A stretch of 63,849 nt of DNA, counting the filler, from Platydemus manokwari (lineage: Eukaryota), in NCBI GenBank assembly GCA_037951405.1. It is 6 parts of 6 records of this genome, joined end to end, with 100 filler letters (N's around TTAATTAATTAA, not from the genome) between each part and the next. Parts side by side here need not be neighbours in the genome. Positions count along the whole stretch, not along the records: positions 19,425 to 28,372 come from JBBMOY011324206.1; positions 28,473 to 37,409 come from JBBMOY011325984.1; positions 37,510 to 53,992 come from JBBMOY011170322.1; 3 more parts are not named here. One strand, 5' to 3'. Both the position numbers and the translations under genes were made by a program. The notes under the pieces were generated by a model. It worked only from the letters and a program-made list of their open reading frames with translations, was not told where the DNA came from and did no database searches. Within the stretch, counting starts at the first letter, position 1; each line of letters begins with the position of its first letter. Positions 25,301-38,599 of this stretch are shown here, piece after piece.

Positions 25301-26991
25301 AGCATCGAAATTGGAAGTGTTGGAGTAAAGCTTTGAAAGAGTTTTGATAAATTTATCTTCAACTCCGATAGCCTCCAGACATTTCCAAATTTAGTTGTGT
25401 GGAACACTAGGAAATGCATTCTTTATGTCCAACCAAGCCATGGAGACCGATTTTTGATTTTTTGGATCAGACTTGACATTTTTGAAGATGGTGTTAAGAA
25501 CTGCATTATGTTCAATGCAGCCTTCGAATTTTGATCTGCCTTTTCTGGCTAGGATGGAGAATGCCATGTTCTGATGCCCATTTGTTGAGTTTGTCACATA
25601 AAATCGATGTTAAGACTTTGTATGACGAACTTGCAAGGGCAATCGGTCTCTAGTTTGTTATTTCTTTGTATGAATTCTTACCTGGTTTTGGTATTAGAGT
25701 TGTTTGGAAATTCTTCCAGCTCTTTGGTGACACGCCACTATCGATTATTTTGTTGTACAATGTCGATAAGAATTTGCCTTGCGGACCAAAATGAATTAAA
25801 TGGCCATAATTGATGTTATCACAGCTTGGTGTTGAATTCCGCATCGATTTTAGTTTGGCAAAAACTTCGATATTTGTGATTGACAACAGCTCAAGCATTG
25901 GTTGTCTGGCTTGGCAAATTTGGAGAATTGTTCAATTTTCGGAATTTGGAGAACTTATTCTAATATGTTTACATATGTCATCGATTGGTGGAAGTTCATT
26001 GACATTTTCGGAATTGGTCAATATTTTATTAATTTTATGTTTCATTTTTGAATTGAATAGAAGGCAAAGATTTTATTTTTCCGGTAATTGGAAAGCCTTC
26101 TTATTACCCAAGTATGGTTTGTATTGGGTTGTTAGGTCCTTTGGTCTAACTAGAATGTTTGATGCCATAATATTATTCATTGAGTATTTTATCCATGTTA
26201 ATGATATTAAATGATATAAATTAGTGCAAAATTAATTAATTAAGTAATTAAGTAATCGATCAATTTCAGATAAAATACTAATTACGACAATTATACTTAT
26301 GAATAATAAATTGAAAACGAACTGACAACCGACACGCATTAGTTTCTAATAGCTATTCTGTAATCACTTATCTAAATGATTAGAACCAATTCGAATGACT
26401 TTTGTACTTCTAAGGCAAACTGATATCAACAAACTACCAATTTTACAGAAGTGAAATATTCTATTTGAAAAAGTTTCAATTATTTCAATTTATCCTCAAC
26501 AATTCCTTCAGAACCATTGACTTTAATGTATTAAGTTGCTTTCTACTGGACTGAATTGTCGTGAGTGAATATTTACATTTTTAGAGTAGCCAATTCTCGT
26601 TAGTTATTTATTCAACATCCTGTTAATGAGGTAACACTTTTCTTTTGAAATTTTAAAAGATTTTTATACTTAATTTTAGATTCGAATTTTTAAATGGTCT
26701 GTTCAATGGAGTTGGTTTTTTGTTCAATTTGGATGATTAAAAATTCCGTGATTTTTCATAAGTTTGTGAATCAATATATTAATTAATATATAACCAATAC
26801 TTTTATAATCGAGTCGTGATTATAATTGTTGTCATTTCATATGATCATATAAAAATTAAATTTTAGATCATCCTACGTTTGGTCTAAAGCTTATGGTGCT
26901 TTATTTTAACTGTTTTTTCACTTTCATTACCTCTAAATCTCTATTTGCAGGTCCTCCTAAGAGTGATATAATGAATTTATATGACTTAAAG
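22332..26991 (+). CDS. Putative micro-exon gene encoding a small secreted or membrane-anchored protein; exons 22332(or 22389)-22404, 22809-22866, 26867-26895, 26951-26991; 3' end not found
   Basis: Phase-consistent splicing (1,2,1,0) with donors GTAAGC, GTAAGT, GTGCTT, GTAATT gives (MYICCYENKIHLQTTNARV)MKSDSDATLCTIQLLFLICITKFDESSYVWSKAYGPPKSDIMNLYDLK, which contains a hydrophobic core. Confidence 0.55.
23380..26330 (-). mobile_element. R2/NeSL-group non-LTR retrotransposon (RT + CCHC + restriction-like endonuclease), pseudogenised by frameshifts and stops
   Basis: RT motifs STPSCDNINY, TTLIPK, FEGCIEHN, WLDIKNAFPSVPH, PISMLLFSLAINPLL, LAY-DDL, YDYLG. CRRC...ETMAHVL*VC knuckle, RHD, RIDIYI...VDIKCP, IIVGSLG. 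Stop at 23525. Boundaries approximate. Confidence 0.92.
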
Positions 26992-28025
26992 GTAATTTTG
27001 TTATTTATTTATTTATTTATTAAAAAACTATAATACAATTTTACAAAATTTCTCTTTTTAAAATCTGTATCAACTACCCAATGGATATTTAATGTCTGCT
27101 AATTCTAATAATAACTAACGAAATAGATTTTCATTATTCTTTATGGATAGCTTTTTCTCCAAAATAAACAGAATAGTGATTTTTAATAATTCTCTGATAA
27201 AACATTATATTTCGCTAAAAATACTGAATTGCGATCAAATCACTGATAAAGATCTAATAAGAATAGCGATATTTGAAATTAATTTAACCTCTTACAAAAC
27301 GAAATCAGTAATTGATGTAACCCTAACGAGAATAACTTAGGCGAAATTTATTGACGAATTTAAAATCTTAATGATCCACGTGGGAATCAAATTAATTTTC
27401 ATTTTCATTTGCGGTATTATAAAAATTGCTTCTTCAATAAAACAGAAGAATGATTTATTAGTATTATAATGAGATAACCCTTGGCTGGAAAATAAAAGAA
27501 TCTATTTTAAATAATAAATACATGAATCATATTTCTTTTCAAAACTAAAACTTTTGGTATTTCTTTCAAAGATAAGTCAAACTAAAAATTTTTTAGTCAA
27601 TATTTAACTATTAGTGTTTAACTAATAATTTTGAGAAACTACGAATAATATCCAATACTTACAATCAATAGCGAAGCTTGCACAATTAATTTTTACAATA
27701 TAATCCATACCCTCAAGCAAATTAACCTAATATCCCACATTGGAAACACGTATCTATTAATTTCAGAGTAATTGACTTATTTAATTATGTTTAATAGAGG
27801 CACTGATTTTTTGAACCTTTGTTGATTAACGAGATTATTGAATTATTATGTTTTGGTTTGTTGTAAAGAATAAAACGTGTCGATTAACGAAATAACTGTA
27901 TTGAATTATTCCTATTTTATAATTAAATTATTTGTATCTTAGCATATATTGTACGTAAATCGTGTATCTGTATTGTGTAGTTGTATATCTTACATATCCT
28001 CCTATATACCAATAAGGTTCTTATT

Positions 28026-28372
28026 GAGAAAGAAGAAAGGGGCAAATTGTTGGGGTTCTGGCCCAACTAGTTACTGAAAACAATGAATTTACATTGAAAA
28101 ATATGTGTACAATATCTGTATGTCAGTACGTATAAAATGTCTATTATTTTTTATTGTATCAATTTTTATTTAATCTGTGTGTATTTTTATATTTTGGAAT
28201 CTTTGAGCAACAATTACTCTGAAATATCGATATTTATATCAATTATTATTTATACGTATGTAAAATTATAATACAAATAAAATTACCAATTCCAAATCCT
28301 TCAAAATTCCCTGAAATAATAAATTAATTTATAAAAATTAAGACGCAATAAGTTATCGCGCACTAACAGCGA
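28026..28372 (+). mobile_element. Polypurine tract plus start of a 3' LTR of an LTR retrotransposon
   Basis: gagaaagaagaaagggg (28026-28042) followed 5 nt later by TGTTGGGG at 28048, then a TATAAAA; runs toward the gap. Confidence 0.45.
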
Positions 28373-28472
28373 NNNNNNNNNNNNNNNNNNNNNNNNNNNN
28401 NNNNNNNNNNNNNNNNTTAATTAATTAANNNNNNNNNNNNNNNNNNNNNNNNNNNNNNNNNNNNNNNNNNNN
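28373..28472. other. Artificial contig spacer
   Basis: 44N-TTAATTAATTAA-44N. Confidence 0.98.
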
Positions 28473-28684
28473 TAAGGCTTGTTCACAACAAATCTTCCCT
28501 ACCAACATATTTGTATCTTAACGCTCATTTCATACCGGTACACCTGATAGACATCTTAAAAAATGAGATATTAACTGAATTATACGAATAAATGAAATAT
28601 AGCAGTTATATATAAAATTATCTCAGGTGAGAAAATTCATTATAACAAAAGTAGGTCAAAGGACCCTTTTTCTTAACTTAAGCC
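28473..28684 (+). mobile_element. Right end of a Merlin-family DNA transposon
   Basis: Ends in ggaccctttttcttaacttaagcc, near-identical to the right TIR at 41691-41713. Confidence 0.6.
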
Positions 28685-29459
28685 TAATATTCAAATATTA
28701 GATAAAAGGTAATTTATGAATTTAACATGGACTCAATCAAATTTTGGAATCTGGTATTTGCAATATTTATTTATTCGATAACTGCAATTTCATTGAATCC
28801 ACTTACTTTAATTTCGTTAATAAAATTGAAATTCATCGGAATAAAATTCAGATCAGAAACATGGCAGGAATTTCGGATTAATGATAGAGAATGGGCTGAT
28901 TTTTGAGAAAATCTATTGACAAAGTTCATTACTTGGCACTAAGTTCTACGAAATTAAAACTAAAAATTATGTAAAACGTATGTTCAAGTATCGAAGATCT
29001 TAATGTACAAATAGCAAATGAAAGAATGGAGCCATTTTTAGATAAAGTAGCAAAAATAATTAATAATAATAATCATAACAACTATGATTTAAGTAGTTTA
29101 ACAAAAGGATTTACTCCTTTTTAAAACAATTTCTATATCGTCAATTGCATTCCATAAAAGTAACCAATACCAAATATTGTTGAAAGTTATTGACCTAATT
29201 ATTATCTGGATTTCCTTCGCGTAATAACTTTTTAAATTCTTATTCAATGAATGGACTATAACATTATTAAATTTTATAATGAGTTGTTGGGCTCGCTTTT
29301 TATAATTTATATTTAGAAACTTCATTGCGGTACATTCATTATAAGCAATTTGCTTATGTGTTAATAATAATGACAAAACATTATAATAGAATAAATGAGA
29401 CAAATATATAATTTAAGACAAATATATAATGAGATAGATTAAAATGATTCAAAAATGAT

Positions 29460-30800
29460 TAGAATATTTCTCCTACATTTCGCATGGGTAATGCTTGTTT
29501 CTTCGTTATTAAGTATAGTTCTCCAAAGTCAAGGCACGATCTTATATCCTTTCTATCTCTTTTCCATATACATACAAGTTGAATATTCTACTCTGAATTG
29601 CATCTTCTTATAATGTTGTTTTCTCTTAAATTCTTGAGTGCCTCTTCTATTTTTTCTTCTAAATTTGATGGTTGTCTCTGAGGTTTGATACTTATAGGAC
29701 ACCCGTTTTACACAACCTTATATTTTACTAACTTTGTACAACCAATATCCCAATGATCTGTCATGAATACGTTACAATTCGCTTTTAATATTTCCCATAA
29801 ATTAGATATTTCTTTCACCACAAGAAATTGTTTTGCTTTCTTGAATCTATCTTCATCAGTTATACTCCTACCAAATCTCACTGTTATATCACAGATGGAA
29901 ACGTTTAGTTCTCTTTCTTTGTGTTGAGAGTTTTTTCCATTTTCCTCATTATTATGAATAATATCATTTTGGACTTACTGTCGTTGGTAGATCGTAAACT
30001 TTCATTTGTATATTGTCTTATATTTATACTTGTTCGAGTGTCTCTAATATTATCTTATCCATGACATTTACTTTTACTCCAGTGTCTAACAAGCATTCAA
30101 ACTCTTTAGTGTCTATTTTTAAAGTAATGCTAGGTCTTCCTTGCATTTTATCATAATAAATCTTTTATCATACTTCTTGTTCGTTAATGTTCTTACTTCT
30201 TTCTCGTCTCGATGTTCCTCTTCCCCTTGTGAATCATCTTTTTCTTTATAAATTTTACAACTTTCCATTTTACTATATTTCCTGATTCTATATCATTGTT
30301 GTTACCAGTTACCGCTTGTTTTTTTGTACTGATCCTTAATATTGTGGACACTGCCCTGTTTATTTATTTTATTTTCAATTTTATTTATTTTATGTAAATT
30401 ACTTATTCTATAAATACTAATATGGCTACCTTTACTCTCGGTATCTAGCTCAAACTCAAATTTACTGTTTAGTGTATTACCCAACCCACTCTCAGGAAGT
30501 CGGTGTGTTCTCTTTTGGTGTCCTACTTTGTATTCTGAATCCTATTCTTGTTCGACCGCAGCTACTTGTCTATCATTTCGTTTCAGCATTCTGTGATTTT
30601 GTCAGGTGAAATTCTGTCTGTTATCATTATTAATTGGACCACCTTGGCTGTGATCAATCCTTCTCTGGTTTATTGGACTCTTACTGGTAATTGGACTCTT
30701 TTGTCCCTTTTTCTCCGTGATGTCCTCGGTATTGACATCTACCACATTTATGGAATTTGAACTATTTCGCGCCATCATTCTGAAACCATCTTATTTGAAT
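29460..30800 (-). mobile_element. Decayed Ty3/gypsy gag-protease-RT fragment
   Basis: Aspartic protease GRPSITLKIDTKEFECLLDTGVKVNVM (~30140-30060), RT start ...RENNIIRRCNSE...IRSCLDFGEL (~29630-29515), degenerate knuckle CGRCQYRGH (~30745). Many stops. Confidence 0.8.
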
Positions 30801-30899
30801 ATCGGGCCAATATGAGACAGCCATGTGCCACTGCTCCTAACCTCTGGCCCACCCTGTATATATCAAAATTTTCATCATAACACCATTTTAAAATAAATT

Positions 30900-32215
30900 T
30901 TGAATGTAATACTTGGGACTCCAAATTTAAAGCAAATTCATTGTAATGTGGAACATAGGTTGAATTTCCAGTTCCAATGTATGAACATCAACAAGTATTA
31001 ATCGGTATTTTGATTTAAAGTATATCATATTAGAATACAATAATTTACAAAAAATATTCACTACATTACAATTTGAGAGCAGATCTTCTCAAGAATGAAA
31101 AGTTATTTCTATTCACCAAACTCCAACATTTTTGTCATTATAATGTGATTTCAATTCAATTTCGTTTGTTAAAATTGAAAATTCCAATTCTAAGTCCTCT
31201 TTATTTGAAATATTGAAAAGATTTGCCATTTGATTAGCCATGCCATCTTAATATGAAAGAAAGCATTAGTAAAAAAGGATAAATATGACTCCAATTAACA
31301 GATTTTTTAAATATTTTATCAAATTATTCTGATCAGATATCGAAATATTTGGCAAACTAATGCATTGCAGCATTTTCATCGCAACAATTTTCTATTATCA
31401 TTCTAAAATTTATCTTTATAAAATATAATCAATTATGCTTCTTGATATGTGAATTCCAGAATTTAAATTGTAATACATTTACAATGATTATCGTAGAAGC
31501 TAGTTGATGATTTCTACCTTGAAGCATCGAAAATAATTATATTAATTTTGGTATTAAAATAGCCGAAATCTCAATTTTTATTAATCAAAGTATTTAATCA
31601 AATTGAATTTATTTATGACGTATTTCCTTGGCTCAATAATTCAATATATAGGTTTCGATTTGGTACTACTTAGTAGAAGTGTAGTAGTGTCTGTTGAATT
31701 TATCATTAGAATTACTAAATTTTGAAAAGGAATAATATACGCGCATTAATATTTCTTGGTGAATAAAGCAACGATTCTATATGAACTTCGATCATATAGG
31801 GTATTTCTTCCAAGGCACAAAGAAACCATTGTTGACACCTTTCATTGCAGACGTTTTATCTGTTTTCTTTTCATTGCAGATAATTTTCTAAAGATTATCC
31901 CAATCTAGATACTTTTTAAATATCAAATAAATATCATTTCCTCCCAGTTTTTCTTTTAAATGTAGAAAATTGTTGGTTGAACAAACTTTGTTGTCCTACT
32001 AACTTGACTTTTAGTTTAGAAATTTGTATCTTTCTAATTTTCGAGCTATTTGCAAGTGCTGTATCGAAATTTTCATGAATTGCTTTGAAATGACTCTCCA
32101 CATATCATTTTTCATCAATCGCAACTTTCAAGGTATACAATAGGTATTACACTTCTTAATATTCAAAAATAAAAAGTATGCTTCTTCCACTTTCTATTTC
32201 TGGTTTCCATCATTT
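30900..32215 (-). mobile_element. Decayed hAT (Charlie/SPIN/GTF2IRD2-like) transposase remnant
   Basis: Fragments VESHFKAIHENFD...KIRKIQISKLKVKLVGQQSLF, TSAMKGVNNG, EDLELEF, CWSLVNRNNFSFLRRSALKL and terminal YVPHYNEF...SQVLHS resemble this transposase family. Confidence 0.6.
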
Positions 32216-32535
32216 CTGCAACAACAATAAAAACATAAATAAAAAGAATAAAGTTAAGTATATGTATTATAAATTGAAATTTCATAAACTTTGAGCACGC
32301 CAAAAATCTTTACAGTTTTAACTATTGCATTTATTTTTCATAAATTTTCTAGTAATAAAGGTTTTCTATTATTTGAAATCACAAATAAAGCATGGCTTTA
32401 TTTTAAAAACATTCGAATATGATCTTAGTCTAAAAAAATTTTCTAAGTAGATTAATAACCAATTTTCAAATGATAGTAGAGACATCTTTTTAACATCTAG
32501 AGTAAATTAATATTTTTAATAATAATTACAAATCT

Positions 32536-32800
32536 TTGTTAAAAGTAACAATAGAGGTCCTAAAATAAAATTTTTAATTTGTTGGGTGTTTTGTAAAAAA
32601 AATCTATATAATTGATTTAAATTTTTTATTTAGTAATTGAGAAGAATTTTAGTTGTTTGAAATAAAATATTAAATAGACAAAGTCTTCAAAATTCGTTCA
32701 TTTGAAACACCGGTCAAAGTAGGTCATTTTGCAATTTATTGAAAATTAATGATGGCACCTTTTTTAACATAAGAAACATTTGAAAAATACTCTAAATTTT
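32536..32800 (+). mobile_element. Left-end fragment of the Merlin-family element
   Basis: Collinear with 40703-41010 (ataga.gtcctaaaataaa, aaaaatctatata, caaagtaggtca....gcaatt.attgaaaatta, ccttttttaacat). Confidence 0.65.
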
Positions 32801-35181
32801 AACAATCATCTTATAAAAACAAGTAATATCAGATTATTAAACATGCTAGTAGTTTGCTAACTCGATTTATAATTTGAAAAAATATTTAAAGAATTTACAT
32901 ATAAGTGCTGTAATTACTATAGGAACTCGGTTTAACTATCCTTTTTGTCCTTATTTAAAAGCATAAAATGTGAATTATCAACTGAACTGTGTAAATAAAT
33001 CTACCTCCATGCAATGATATAAATCTCAAAAATAAAACTAAATATTAAAAAAAATTATTGTTATACAAAATTTGATGACTTCTTGATTTATTGTTCTTTC
33101 TTTTTTAGACAATCTTATAGAAAAAAAATGCAAAACAAACACTAAATTAACATGTAAAATATTACTTTATATTTCATTGATGATAAGTGAAGCCGGATAA
33201 ATCACTTTTAAGTTTTGTTGGAGATCAGATAGATACATTCCAAGCTTAGGTTATCAACATGGCATTAAATTGTGATCGTTATAATTCTGACCATTTTTCT
33301 AAACTTAAATCAAATTCCGTAATGAGAATCAAAATAATATGGTTAAATTAAGCCAATCTATTCATTAATCATTTGTACTCATTTAAAATTCATTAAAAAA
33401 TAATTTTGTTACAATTTTAATTTTACATATTTATTACACATCTTAAATAATTTTTTAATTGGTACTCAAATCTCTATAATTTGGAATTGTAAAAATTTTA
33501 ACACATGTCAAAACAAAATTAGCATGTTACTGACACCAGAATATAGATGAATTAAAATCTTAATTTTGAACATAATTATAACACATCTTTCATAAAATGT
33601 GTCAACGTAAACATTATTCTTATTTATATATAATGTTAATATATCTGTTTATCAGAACCGAATAATCCAGGGTAAATATGATTAAATCGTATTTATATAA
33701 TCACTACAAACAGCAAAAATAAGTAGACAAAAAGCTATTTTAATATTTGAAAATAAATCCGCATCTAGTATGAACATTAATTCATGATTTTCCATGCATA
33801 ATTTTCTAAGATTGCCTCAAATAATTTTAATTATCTTCTCTCTGGTTGATGCTGCTTTCTATTTTAATGAAATCATGTATTTATCGAAGTCTTTTTATAA
33901 ATAGAAGTATAAGAAATTCCGTTTCATAGTGCTGCGTAGATGATTTATGATAAATTGATTTTGTTTAGAAAATTCAATTTCTGCGGTATTAATAATCTTA
34001 GATGTTATATTTAAACAAGAGTGTTTTCATTTTAGAAAATCCATCATAGCATTATTTAATACTTAATTTGATAGAATTTAATTATTAATTCAATTTATAA
34101 CTTCGTAATCAAAATATTCACAACAAGATTATTTTCTCCCAGTTAATTTGCATATAATCATACAAGAATTTTTGAAATATTTTGATTATCTTTTTGACGG
34201 CATGATAATTTAGAAATGTTCTCAATATCAAATTATCTTTTGAAAAATACGGCAACACTTATTTACCATTAAGAATTTATATCTCATTTAGATTGATTTA
34301 CAAATTCAATTTTTTTCGTTAATTTTTTAAACGAACCAAAATCAATGTTTAATCGGTATATTTAAACAAATGGCAATTTGTAAATAATTGAAAGAATAAT
34401 TTTGATGAAATGTTACTCTTGAAATAATGGCTAAGTTTTTTAAATGTTTGATTATTTTTCAATGATAATAATTATTTAAAAAAATTAGTTAATTAGTTTT
34501 TAATTATATTTTTAATTATTTCTACATCCTTAATAAAAAGAAATCAAAATCAAGTTGCAATGTAATCTGGGAAATTCAAAAACTATTCCTTTTTATAATA
34601 CGAACAACAAAAGCTGCTTAGCAAATGTTAATTTATGATATGCTATATACCTTTTGATTTAAAATGAATAGATATTAATTATATTTGGTTTTCTGTTTTC
34701 TCACGATGCATATCTATTTTCATTCAGCAATGACAGCGGTGTTTGGCCTATAAATATTGGTTATTAGAGCTCATTTAGTCTGTTAAGAGAATATTTAGCT
34801 TTTCGCGAGAAAAGATAATCTAAATTATTCATGGTCTAGTGATAATTTTAGCATACTAGTTAGCGGTCTGAATCATTTTCAAAAGAGAAAAATACGTGAC
34901 AGTACAAACCTGATTACCAGTACTTGTATCAAGAAATAATTACACTATTAATTATCAAGTTTTTCTAACGTTTGAAAAATATGGTTTGCTATATTGGGTT
35001 AGTTGTCATAAAAAGAAATAAAAATTGAAAAACTGTCAATTAGAAAGAAAAAGTATGAAATTCAGTTGGAAGTGTTACTTTTGCGTTAGTCTTGTTTTTC
35101 TCTTAATTAGCAGAACGATTGCTTGAGAATTAAGGTGCGAAAATTCTCTGTTGTAATCTGTTTCTGATTCGATTTCGAGAC

Positions 35182-35397
35182 ATGAAAATTAAATTATCCA
35201 TAATATATTTGAATTTTTTGGGTTTATTTAGTGTTGAATAAAATTTATTTATTGGTTCTTATGATTGATTATTTTCGTTAATTTTTCTTTGAAGAATACT
35301 TGTCATCCAGCTAGTGGTGATGAGAAAATATATTTAAATGAATGGAGTCAATATAAAAAATTGTGGCTCTTAACAAACTCAGAATCTTCAATGATTG
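35182..35397 (+). CDS. Possible first two exons (35182-35232, 35295-35397) of a secreted protein
   Basis: MKIKLSIIYLNFLGLFS|NTCHPASGDEKIYLNEWSQYKKLWLLTNSESSMI(G): signal-peptide-like start, 62-nt intron with weak donor GTTGAA, second donor GTAATA. Inr-like TCAGTT at ~35062. Confidence 0.3.
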
Positions 35398-37165
35398 GTA
35401 ATATGCGATTCTTATTTTCAATTATTGTCAAATATGTATAAACGTGATAGGGTAATAAATAAAACTTGACTACAATTGTGTATCGATCAATACACGGATT
35501 ATACTACTCAAAATCTCAACCGGAACTTGGCTTTCAACTGGCAGCTGTCCATCTGTACATATGTTTTTATATTCGCGATCTGTGTGTATTTTTTGTGTCA
35601 TGTTGATTTAATATTTGTTTTTCTATGTTCCCATTGGGTTTTTAAGTTTTTTCATGAGTGGGATAGGTCATCCCTATGTGTGCGTTATTCTATAGCTATC
35701 TTCCTTTTCCAATTGTAGTCCACCATCTAACTTCACTATGATTGGCTGATTGCTATGACTGTGTAGGCATGAAAATGTTTAAAGTGCCAAAACAAGGGTT
35801 AAAAGATGCAATTTCGTTTTTCTTTGTACAGCATTTCATGTTACTCAACAGACGATAAAACACTAGCATTTGCAATACAAATTTAAAAGAATGAAATTTC
35901 CTTGGCAATTTAAATATGAATAGGAAAGACTTGTTCTAGTATAATATTTGTATTTGTGATTTTGTTTGAATTAAGTATATGATTACACTCTATAGTAACA
36001 GGGGATCAGAATCTTTAAAATATAAATGAATCATGTGAGACCTTATACAAATGACTGAGTAGAAAAGTCATGGCAATGATTGTCAATCCGCTATGCTTTA
36101 AGTGATAATCGATCAACTTCATTAATACTATAACCCGTAAAGTCATATAATCTTCCTTGGTCATCGTACTTTGAAATTCACCTTTCTACCTATCCTCTTA
36201 GTACGAAGACTAAGATATATTTAATATTGTAGAGATCACATTATACATCTGAAATGCTATGCTTAGTAAAGAAACAAAGTCGATTTGGTTTTGTAGATAA
36301 TACATTAAACATAAATGCTGTAATTAAATAATGTGTATTGTCACTGATTTAGTTTTTTAAAGTGGTCAATTGCTGCTGTAAACATATAATAATAAATGAG
36401 GACACCAAAATACAGTGTTAATTTTCCACTGAGCTAAAACAATTGAAAATGTAACTAAGATCCTAACGGCCAATAAAAGCATTGACAACCAATTATGCAA
36501 TCACGCTAAAGACAGCGATAGAGATATTTGAAAGACAACCTTATTTAACAAATAGGATATTTACTAGAATTATTGATCCAATTATTGAATTAAATATATA
36601 CGGATATTGATTGATATTTTCTTCCTGACATTGTATTTGGCGACAGTTAATGCTATAGTACTTGTACTATTCGACTAAATCAATATACTACGACAATCAC
36701 GACGTATTTACTTACTTATTGGATATATCTGTTAAAAAATCTTGTATAGAATAAATGTCAATTGCTTGATCTGAAGTATTGGTTGCTTATATAGTTTATT
36801 ATGTTGTTTTCGAAATTGATAATTTAACGATAAAGCTATCTGTTATGTATATAAATATTTATTTAATTCGATTTTAACTTTATTCGGTTCATTTCATTGG
36901 AAATATATTTTCATTTAATTTGTATTTAATGGATTTTATTCATTTATAATAAAATATATTCTTGGTTTTGTTCTCTTTACAATGACCTCTCTAACACATT
37001 TGAAGAAAAAACATTAAAGAAAGAAAACGTGTTGTTGATAAAATAATTATTGCTCTTCTTAATATTCGCTACAATACTTATTAAACTATGCATCACAATC
37101 ATGAACAACAAATACATTTATCGAATAAAGGATAAATAACTTACATTTATATCGAAATTTTAAAA

Positions 37166-37395
37166 TGTTCTTTGTTTGTTTTATTGACGGATTTGTTGAT
37201 TGATTCGTTAATAACGAGTTTGGTCGTGTTTATTCCCTAACAACTTTTTAAACAACTTCTTCGCTGTACGACATGTAAGCTGCTACTATTTTATAAGGCA
37301 CACGTCAAAAACGAACTGAAACAACAAAGTATGTATTTAAATACCATCATAAACAAAATTAATATAATAACATTATTCTCACACCCCCCCTTTAC
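37166..37395 (-). mobile_element. PPT plus short 3' LTR of a Ty3/gypsy element
   Basis: Minus strand reads aaaggggggg directly followed by TGT (37383), then TATAAAA and AATAAA, ending ...GAACA at 37166. Confidence 0.55.
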
Positions 37396-37409
37396 ATTGG
37401 ATACTACTC

Positions 37410-37509
37410 NNNNNNNNNNNNNNNNNNNNNNNNNNNNNNNNNNNNNNNNNNNNTTAATTAATTAANNNNNNNNNNNNNNNNNNNNNNNNNNNNNNNNNNN
37501 NNNNNNNNN
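37410..37509. other. Artificial contig spacer
   Basis: 44N-TTAATTAATTAA-44N. Confidence 0.98.

Positions 37510-37563
<54 letters not shown>
37510..37563. repeat. (TAT)n microsatellite at contig start
   Basis: Perfect tandem tat repeats. Confidence 0.95.
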
Positions 37564-37565
<2 letters not shown>

Positions 37566-38599
37566 TACATTTATTACACGTAACCTGTTTAACTCTTAAG
37601 AGTCAGATTTTTGGTGGAATAAACATTTATGATGACCACTCATACTAATTTACCAAATAATTCATCGATATATTATTGTCGAATTATTCTTAATCAGCGT
37701 CAAATCCCGAATTCATCTAGGAATTTCATCAAAATACCTCATTCTACTTGATAGTCAAATTATTTGTGGGCCTGAAAAAAAGCACAATTTCTTGCCCAAT
37801 CATCCAAATGGATGGATCAAAATAATTGAACAATGTGTTTTTCTATTTTGCACTGGTTTATCTTGAATTAACTTCTGTAATATTCGAACACAATACTTCG
37901 TTTCTTAATCATAGCTCAACATATTGACGTCATCTGTTTCAGGTTTGACCTTTCTTCAGATACCAACAATGTCCTACTTTGTATCAATGACAAACTTTTT
38001 CCTGCAAAAAGGTCCTAACTTCACATCATATTTAAATTTTAATGTCCGCAAACACAAACAGAGAAACATTGACATCACTTTCTATCATCAAAACTATCAA
38101 ATCTTGCTTAATATTTTCCTTGATCTTGAAAAATCTTTTCTCAAATACCTCAATAAGCCCTGTAATATTCATCTAGATTAATTCCAAATGTCTTTCTTTG
38201 ATGACTGTCGAAAATCCATCATCGATCATTATGCCCACCAATTCAAAAACCAATGAAAATTGTCGATTACTTGCAGAAATTTAGATCTTTTATCATCGTG
38301 CCAGAAATAACCTTCACATGCTTAACTCTTTATACTTTGTAAGTATAGGAAAATCACAGCTTTGCTGAAAATATAATATAGAATTGGATACTGCTGCACT
38401 TGTTTTCATTATCTGCAGAGCAATTGTTGGTAAAGCTGTAAAAGGTTACAGTTTTATCTTTGATCTTCTTTGTTTCCTAGGTCTCATCGTTGATATTGAT
38501 TGCTCTCCATTTGAATTTCCAATAATTCTTTGACCTGACACCACAATAATAAATATAATAAACGACATACTTTTGTCCTTGATCTCAAAGTCCTATATG

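Noticed and set aside
23553-26214. Plus-strand ORFs over the retrotransposon
   Set aside because: Antisense shadows of the minus-strand RT/REL frame.
30843-30858. Lone tggcccaccctgTA Tc1/mariner-like terminus
   Set aside because: No partner TIR or matching transposase found, and wrong orientation for the adjacent hAT remnant.
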